A program made the translations under genes and the position numbers. From positions 1 to 6,501 of the forward strand of contig NZ_JAYKGW010000083.1 in assembly GCF_035285525.1 (NCBI RefSeq): DNA of 6,501 nucleotides. The letters run 5' to 3'. The stretch comes from Okeania sp. GTDB taxonomy: Bacteria; Cyanobacteriota; Cyanobacteriia; Cyanobacteriales; Microcoleaceae. The notes under the pieces are model-generated. The model was not told the origin of the DNA. It saw only the letters and a program-made list of their open reading frames with translations, and searched no databases. This document shows, piece by piece, positions 1-3,977 of this stretch (positions are counted from its first letter, which is position 1; every line of letters starts with the position of its first letter).

Positions 1-112
1 GAGACAAGGGAGACAAGGGAGACAAGGGAGACAAGGGAGACAAGGGAGACAAGGGAGACAAGGGAGACAAGGGAGACAAGGGAGACAAGGGAGACAAGGG
101 AGACAAGGGAGA
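1..112 (+). repeat. Tandem nonamer array (GAGACAAGG), 12 perfect copies plus 4 nt, continuing off the left edge
   Basis: Read directly. Units start at 1, 10, 19 ... 100 and are all identical, with a partial unit GAGA at 109-112. A GGG tract occurs every 9 nt. The array is followed by GAGAAAATC-TAA-TGCACAGT (109-128). Confidence 0.97.
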
Positions 113-135
113 AAATCTAATGCACAGTCTAGTAG

Positions 136-160
136 GTTGGGTTGAGGGACGAAACCCAAC
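136..160. repeat. Hairpin module H (GTTGGGTT-N9-AACCCAAC), inverted relative to the copies at 309-333 and 428-452
   Basis: Perfect 8-bp stem at 136-143/153-160 with a 9-nt loop. Positions 132-161 match the reverse complement of 308-337 at 29 of 30 positions. It is reminiscent of the small dispersed hairpin repeats described for Nostocales genomes. Confidence 0.85.
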
Positions 161-173
161 AAAACTCTTTCTT

Positions 174-203
174 CCCCACTCCCTGACTCCCCTACTCCCT
201 AAT
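174..203 (+). repeat. C-rich short-repeat patch CCCCACT-CCCTGACT-CCCCTACT-CCCTAAT
   Basis: Four 7-8 nt units are read directly. The 13-mer CCTACTCCCTAAT (191-203) recurs exactly at 2871-2883 and as inverted GGGAGTAGGGAGTAG at 2238-2252. The patch resembles heptameric STRR-type repeats of heterocystous cyanobacteria. Confidence 0.7.
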
Positions 204-232
204 ACACTATTTTAGCTGAAACAGTCTAGTAG

Positions 233-261
233 TGCATTGTTTCATCTAAAATGGTACATTA
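233..261 (+). repeat. Dispersed module T (TGCATTGTTTCATCTAAAATGGTACATTA)
   Basis: Related copies lie at 3566-3588 (same orientation, with a 5-nt gap) and 3655-3682 (reverse complement ACTGCATTGTTTCATGTTAAATGGTGCA). Confidence 0.7.
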
Positions 262-483
262 GAAAATCAGGCTATGTAGGGGCGGGTTTAACATGTTAGT
301 TCACGAGTGTTGGGTTTCGTACCTCAACCCAACCTACGTCTTTTCCCACACGAACCACACTCTCTTAAAATTGTGGATTAGGAAATCAGGCTATGTGGGG
401 GCGGGTTCAACATCTTAGTTCACGAGTGTTGGGTTTCGTACCTCAACCCAACCTACGTCTTTTCCCACACGAACCACACTCCC
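246..483 (+). repeat. Tandem duplication, 2 x 119 bp (246-364 and 365-483), each unit carrying hairpin H
   Basis: Position-by-position comparison gives 110/119 identical with no indels. A 67-nt run is identical (296-362 = 415-481). Hairpin stems lie at 309-316/326-333 and 428-435/445-452, each followed by CTACGTCTTTTCCC. Confidence 0.95.
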
Positions 484-499
484 CACCCTTCCCTTTCTC

Positions 500-2197
500 C
501 TATATTTTTTCATTATCTTGAAGATAAAAATAAGCAGTTTTATCTTGACTATTTAAACTAATAATTCTCTGAAATATTTCATTAGCTTCTTCTTTATGTT
601 GAGAGCAATAAGCAATAACTCCTTTCTCAAATAAAGTCTTAGTTTTTATTTTAAATTCTGCAAGTTCAGGGGGATCAGCATCAAAAAATTCAAATAAAGA
701 TACCATATCTTTTTTGCCTTTAACTTTAACTTGACCAAGAAACCTATAATTATATTTTGCATAATTTTTTAGGGCAAAAAAAGTGTGTTGACTAATCAGT
801 AAAGAAGTGCTATAAATTTTAGTTAAATCTTGTAGACGAGAAGCTAAATTTACAGCATCACTAATTACAGTAGTATCCATTCTATTAATACCCCCAATTG
901 TTCCTAACATTAAAGAACCTGTATTAATTCCAATACCAATTTTAATAGGCGGTTTATTATATTGATTCCGCATAGTGTTGTATTTATTTAGCTCAAAAAG
1001 CATCCCTAAAGCAGCTTGAACAGCATCATCAGGACACCGACCAAATAATGCCATAATTGCATCACCAATATATTTATCAATAAAGCCATGATTAGCAGTA
1101 ATTAAAGGTTCCATACGAGAAAGATAGGAATTAATAAATTTAAAATTTTCTGTTAAACTCATGCCTTCTGAGAGGGTAGTAAAAGCGCGAATATCAGAAA
1201 ATAAAATTGACATTTCTTTTTGTACAGATTCACCCAAAGAAATATCAAGAATACTTTCATGGCCTAAAAATCGGAGAAACTGTTTCGGCACAAAATGACT
1301 ATAAGCTTTATTAAGTTTAGATAATTCAGTATTTTTAACTTCTAGTTTTTGAGTAAATTCAATTATTTCCGCTTCAGCTTTTTTGCGTTCTGTAATGTCT
1401 TGAAAAGTAGCGATCGCGTAAATTAATTTACCACTATCATCAAAAATAGGACTGGCTGATACTTCTACAGGAATTATCTTTTCTCCCTGACGAATTTCTA
1501 TATTATCAACTCTAGTATTTTGTCCTTTTAATGCTTGAAATATTGGCTGTTGTTGATAAGGATAAAATTTTTTTGTTCCTGCTAAATAAAGCTGATAAAT
1601 TTCGGGAATTTTCTCTGGAGTAGCTCCAGCTATTATGCCTTTACCAAATATATTTTGTGCTGTTTGATTAGTATAAAAAGGTTGACCATTAGCATCAATT
1701 ACAAATACTCCTACTGGCAAAGTTTCTAAGAAACTTTCTAGTCTTTTTTCACTCTCATATAACTTTTGAGCTGCTTCTATGAGATGTTCCTGTTCCATTT
1801 TATCTTTTAACTTTTGTACATAATTTAGAGTTTTATTAACTGTAATTTCTAAATCTTCTAAATCAATTGGTTTTGTTAAAAAATCAAAGGCTCCTAAATT
1901 CATAGCTTTTCTAATAAGATGGAAATCACTAGAAGCAGAAATAATTACTGTTTTCAGTGTAGGATGATTAAGATCGGCAAGAGTAGATAGTAAAGTAATA
2001 CCATCCATTTCCGGCATACTAATATCAGTTAATATAATATCTATTTCTGGTTGAGCTTGTAATTTTTCCAGAGCCATTACACCATTAGAAGCAAAACTAA
2101 ATTCTAGCTCTTTTACCCTGATTCTTTTTCTAAATTTTTGGTTGATTATTGACTTAAAGGATGGTTCATCATCCACAACCAGTATTTTTGCTGGCAT
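500..2197 (-). CDS. Response regulator receiver - PAS - class III adenylate/guanylate cyclase (CHD) fusion protein, probably an adenylyl cyclase
   Basis: 565-aa ORF with ATG at 2197 and TAG at 500-502. REC domain: D9-D10, phospho-acceptor D58 in [12 protein letters not shown]87, and K109 in TKPID. A PAS-like segment spans about aa 150-270 ([21 protein letters not shown] ... [11 protein letters not shown]). A coiled-coil linker is followed by [14 protein letters not shown] domain: metal-binding Asp D335 (LFSDIRAFT) and D379 ([11 protein letters not shown]), K375, T443, and N450/R454 ([10 protein letters not shown]). It contains an exact HIP1 site. Confidence 0.95.
   Translation of the reverse strand: MPAKILVVDDEPSFKSIINQKFRKRIRVKELEFSFASNGVMALEKLQAQPEIDIILTDISMPEMDGITLLSTLADLNHPTLKTVIISASSDFHLIRKAMNLGAFDFLTKPIDLEDLEITVNKTLNYVQKLKDKMEQEHLIEAAQKLYESEKRLESFLETLPVGVFVIDANGQPFYTNQTAQNIFGKGIIAGATPEKIPEIYQLYLAGTKKFYPYQQQPIFQALKGQNTRVDNIEIRQGEKIIPVEVSASPIFDDSGKLIYAIATFQDITERKKAEAEIIEFTQKLEVKNTELSKLNKAYSHFVPKQFLRFLGHESILDISLGESVQKEMSILFSDIRAFTTLSEGMSLTENFKFINSYLSRMEPLITANHGFIDKYIGDAIMALFGRCPDDAVQAALGMLFELNKYNTMRNQYNKPPIKIGIGINTGSLMLGTIGGINRMDTTVISDAVNLASRLQDLTKIYSTSLLISQHTFFALKNYAKYNYRFLGQVKVKGKKDMVSLFEFFDADPPELAEFKIKTKTLFEKGVIAYCSQHKEEANEIFQRIISLNSQDKTAYFYLQDNEKI
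1410..1417. repeat. HIP1 octamer GCGATCGC
   Basis: Exact match to the highly iterated palindrome typical of cyanobacterial genomes, located inside the cyclase CDS. Confidence 0.9.
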
Positions 2198-2237
2198 AAG
2201 TTTATTTTTATTTTTAAGATTATATTACATATCAAGA

Positions 2238-2252
2238 GGGAGTAGGGAGTAG
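2238..2252 (-). repeat. Inverted copy of the C-rich short repeat (GGGAGTAGGGAGTAG = reverse complement of CTACTCCCTACTCCC)
   Basis: Read directly. It lies 41 nt upstream of the cyclase ATG on the coding strand and belongs to the same family as 174-203 and 2861-2883. Confidence 0.7.
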
Positions 2253-2643
2253 TCAAGAGGAATAGGGGGTTATATAATGAGGTACTTAGAAAAATTATCC
2301 CTAAAATTATCCCTTAATTTTTTTGCCTCTATTTTCACCCAAATACTAACTTTTACTGAAATAATTAATAATTAAACAATTAAATAATTCGCGCCTTGAA
2401 CCCTCCCCTTGGATAGGGGAAAAAAATAAATCTTTTCCTTAAGCACCAATCCTCTCCCTAAAAGTGAGAGGTAATTATCTATTATCAATTAATGAACTTT
2501 AGCTATCAAAAAGTGCGAATTTTTAGGCTACTAAGGTAGGGTTCCCGAAAATCAAAAATTAAGCATTTTTGGCTGACTATGATAGAATAATTACTCTTAC
2601 TTTTTTTCTGGCAAACTCTTCTTTAACTTCTATCTCTCTTATA

Positions 2644-2865
2644 GTCCTAACGTAAGCATTCAGCACTCAGCTATTGATTTTATTTTGAGAAAAAAGATTT
2701 ATGATACGGTTTCGGATAAATCAGAAATTTTTCTGAATACAAAATTCAGTTTTCACTTTCTTTATTCATTTAAATATCCTCGTTAAAACTGAGTTTTTTA
2801 TTGCTGATAGCTGACAGCTAATAGCTGTTGGCGCAGCATTCCGCAGGAAATGCTTAGGTCCTAAC
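2644..2865. mobile_element. MITE-like non-autonomous element (about 206 bp, 2652-2857) bounded by an 8-bp direct repeat GTCCTAAC
   Basis: GTCCTAAC occurs at 2644-2651 and 2858-2865. Terminal inverted repeats are TAAGCATT (2653-2660) and AATGCTTA (2849-2856), with a second shared inverted block CAGCTATT / AATAGCTG further in. The interior is AT-rich with no ORF. Heptamers TTGCTGA-TAGCTGA-CAGCTAA-TAGCTGT lie at about 2801-2828, and hairpin AGCATTCC-GCA-GGAAATGCT at 2834-2855. Confidence 0.55.
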
Positions 2866-2890
2866 TACTTCCTACTCCCTAATTATAATT

Positions 2891-3283
2891 TTAATTCAGT
2901 TCATTAATCAACCCTAAATCCCCAAACTTTTCTTTAAGTTTAGCAAAATCAATTGGTTTAACCAAATATTCATTTGCTCCAGATTCTCTTGCTAATTTAT
3001 AATTTTCATCATAGCCGTGGGCAGTTAGAATAAATACATTTAGATGAGGTTTTTTTTCTTTAATTTGTTTCAGTAATTCTAAACCATTCATTTCCGGTAA
3101 ATTAATATCAGATATCACTAAATCTATAGATATATTTTCTGATGATTCTAGATGTGATAATGCTGTCTGCCCGGAAATAGCAAAAACAAATTCTATTTGC
3201 CCAGCTTTAACTTCTTTCTTAAATTTTCTACTGAACAAATATTCGGTATCTGGCTCATCGTCCACAACCATTATTCTTTTCAT
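2891..3283 (-). CDS. Stand-alone CheY-like response regulator receiver protein
   Basis: 130-aa ORF. It has D8-D9, phospho-acceptor D59 in VISDINLPEMNG, T87 (ILTAHG) and K109 (LVKPID). There is no output domain. AAGG lies 7 nt upstream of the ATG as a plausible RBS. The receiver aligns along its whole length with the cyclase REC (shared DDEP, KF+K, EF.FA, DI..PEM.G, KPID). Confidence 0.93.
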   Translation of the reverse strand: MKRIMVVDDEPDTEYLFSRKFKKEVKAGQIEFVFAISGQTALSHLESSENISIDLVISDINLPEMNGLELLKQIKEKKPHLNVFILTAHGYDENYKLARESGANEYLVKPIDFAKLKEKFGDLGLINELN

Positions 3284-3355
3284 TTTTTTTCCTTGAAATC
3301 TTAGTTTTTTATTTTATTTAAGTAGTTGTGAAAAATTAATTTCTTAGTTCAAATA

Positions 3356-3386
3356 GGGAACAGGTATGGAGGGAACAGGGAACAGG
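3356..3386 (+). repeat. G-rich short-repeat patch (GGGAACAG at 3356-3363 and 3371-3378, GGAACAG at 3379-3385)
   Basis: Read directly. This is an STRR-like heptamer/octamer patch in the promoter region of the receiver gene. Confidence 0.65.
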
Positions 3387-3418
3387 TAAGGTAAAACAGA
3401 GAATCAACAGAATATTTC

Positions 3419-3448
3419 AATAATTAACAATTAACAATTAATAATTAC
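3419..3448. repeat. AT-rich heptamer run AATAATT-AACAATT-AACAATT-AATAATT
   Basis: Four phased heptamers AAYAATT at 3419-3446. A related run ATAATTAATAATTAAACAATTAAATAATT lies at 2361-2389 in the other long spacer. Confidence 0.6.
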
Positions 3449-3468
3449 TTATTCTTATAAAATACTTC

Positions 3469-3510
3469 TGAGAAATATCTCCATTGCTTTTCCTTCTTTA
3501 AAGGTAATAT
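3469..3510 (+). repeat. Module X copy 1 (TGAGAAATATCTCCATTGCTTTTCCTTCTTTAAAGGTAATAT)
   Basis: Direct repeat of 3827-3869, differing by 1 indel and 2 substitutions. It contains TTGCTT (3484-3489), a 15-nt spacer and TAATAT (3505-3510). Confidence 0.9.
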
Positions 3511-3534
3511 TCATAATAGATAATTGATAATTTA

Positions 3535-3785
3535 GGACTAAAGCTATGAACGCTATGGGTAGTGGACTGTTTCATCTAAAACTGTGCAGAGCGATTTTCT
3601 CTCTTGCCTCCTTGTCTTCCTTATCTTCCTTGTCTAGACACAGCCAAAAAGTAATGCACCATTTAACATGAAACAATGCAGTAGGGTGTGTTTTCGGCGC
3701 TTGAGCGGATATGAAACGCTGCGCGACATAAAAAGCGTAGCGTAACGCACCAAGACTCTATATATAGTGCCTTTATGTGAGTCCT
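3535..3785. mobile_element. 251-bp composite repeat insertion flanked by a perfect 15-bp direct repeat ATAATTGATAATTTA (3520-3534 and 3786-3800)
   Basis: The termini are GGACT (3535-3539) and AGTCC (3780-3784). The interior holds an imperfect inverted pair of module T (3566-3588 and 3655-3682) around a degenerate nonamer array, followed by a GC-rich block (3686-3752) unlike the surrounding AT-rich DNA. There is no ORF. Confidence 0.55.
3600..3635 (-). repeat. Degenerate nonamer array on the minus strand (AGACAAGGA-AGATAAGGA-AGACAAGGA-GGCAAGAGA)
   Basis: The plus strand reads TCTCTTGCC-TCCTTGTCT-TCCTTATCT-TCCTTGTCT. This is the same unit family as the edge arrays, and it shares the flank GAGAAAATC-N4-TGCACAGT (reverse complement of 3581-3601) with 109-128. 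Confidence 0.8.
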
Positions 3786-3826
3786 ATAATTGATAATTTA
3801 ACTTCTACCATATTTTCAAATAGTTA

Positions 3827-3869
3827 TGAGAAATATCTCCATTGCTTTTTCCTTTTCTAAAGGTAATAT
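3827..3869 (+). repeat. Module X copy 2
   Basis: 43 nt, a direct repeat of 3469-3510. It ends 108 nt upstream of the symporter ATG. Confidence 0.9.
3842..3869 (+). promoter_or_regulatory. Candidate sigma70-type promoter for the symporter (TTGCTT - 16 nt - TAATAT)
   Basis: Motif match only, in AT-rich DNA. It would give a leader of about 100 nt containing hairpins CCTCC-ATA-GGAGG (3886-3898) and TGCTTAG-N7-CTAAGCA (3908-3928). There is no transcript evidence. Confidence 0.25.
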
Positions 3870-3977
3870 AGCTGTTAACCTCGTTCCTCCATAGGAGGCT
3901 AGCTGACTGCTTAGTGCTTATCTAAGCAAGTAGTAAGCTATACAGAGATTACTTATTAATTACAAATTAATACTACT

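Noticed and set aside
1-213. Coding potential of the left nonamer array (frames ETR, RQG, DKG; the DKG frame looks like collagen Gly-X-Y and stays open to about 213)
   Set aside because: The frame-1 reading stops at 118-120, and the open frame continues only through hairpin H and the C-rich repeat patch, which are repeat-derived sequences. A gene entering from beyond the left edge cannot be formally excluded because the array is truncated.
380-499. Intrinsic terminators after the three CDSs (for example hairpin H on the minus strand after the cyclase stop)
   Set aside because: None of the hairpins downstream of the three stop codons is followed by an adjacent U-run on the coding strand. No canonical Rho-independent terminator can be supported from sequence alone.
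2219-2277. TATAAT hexamers (reverse complement of 2219-2224 upstream of the cyclase; 2272-2277 on the plus strand)
   Set aside because: AT-rich spacer DNA gives many chance -10 matches. No convincing -35 element sits at proper spacing, so these are not reported as promoters.
2701-2755. 11-codon mini-ORF (MIRFRINQKFF) overlapping two mutually exclusive hairpins (TCAGAAA-TT-TTTCTGA at 2721-2736; CTGAAT-ACAAA-ATTCAG + TTTT at 2733-2753), resembling an attenuator
   Set aside because: It lies inside the MITE-like element in very AT-rich DNA where such weak A/T stems arise easily. There is no plus-strand gene downstream for it to regulate, because the next gene is on the opposite strand.
3870-3977. 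Possible riboswitch in the symporter leader (two neat hairpins; CGTTCCTCC...GGAGG loosely recalling nitrogen-related cyanobacterial RNA motifs; CTGAGA at 3468-3473)
   Set aside because: I cannot match the conserved cores of any riboswitch class I can recall (glutamine, TPP, cobalamin, guanidine and others). Only simple stem-loops are visible. A covariance-model scan (Rfam/Infernal) would be the decisive test.
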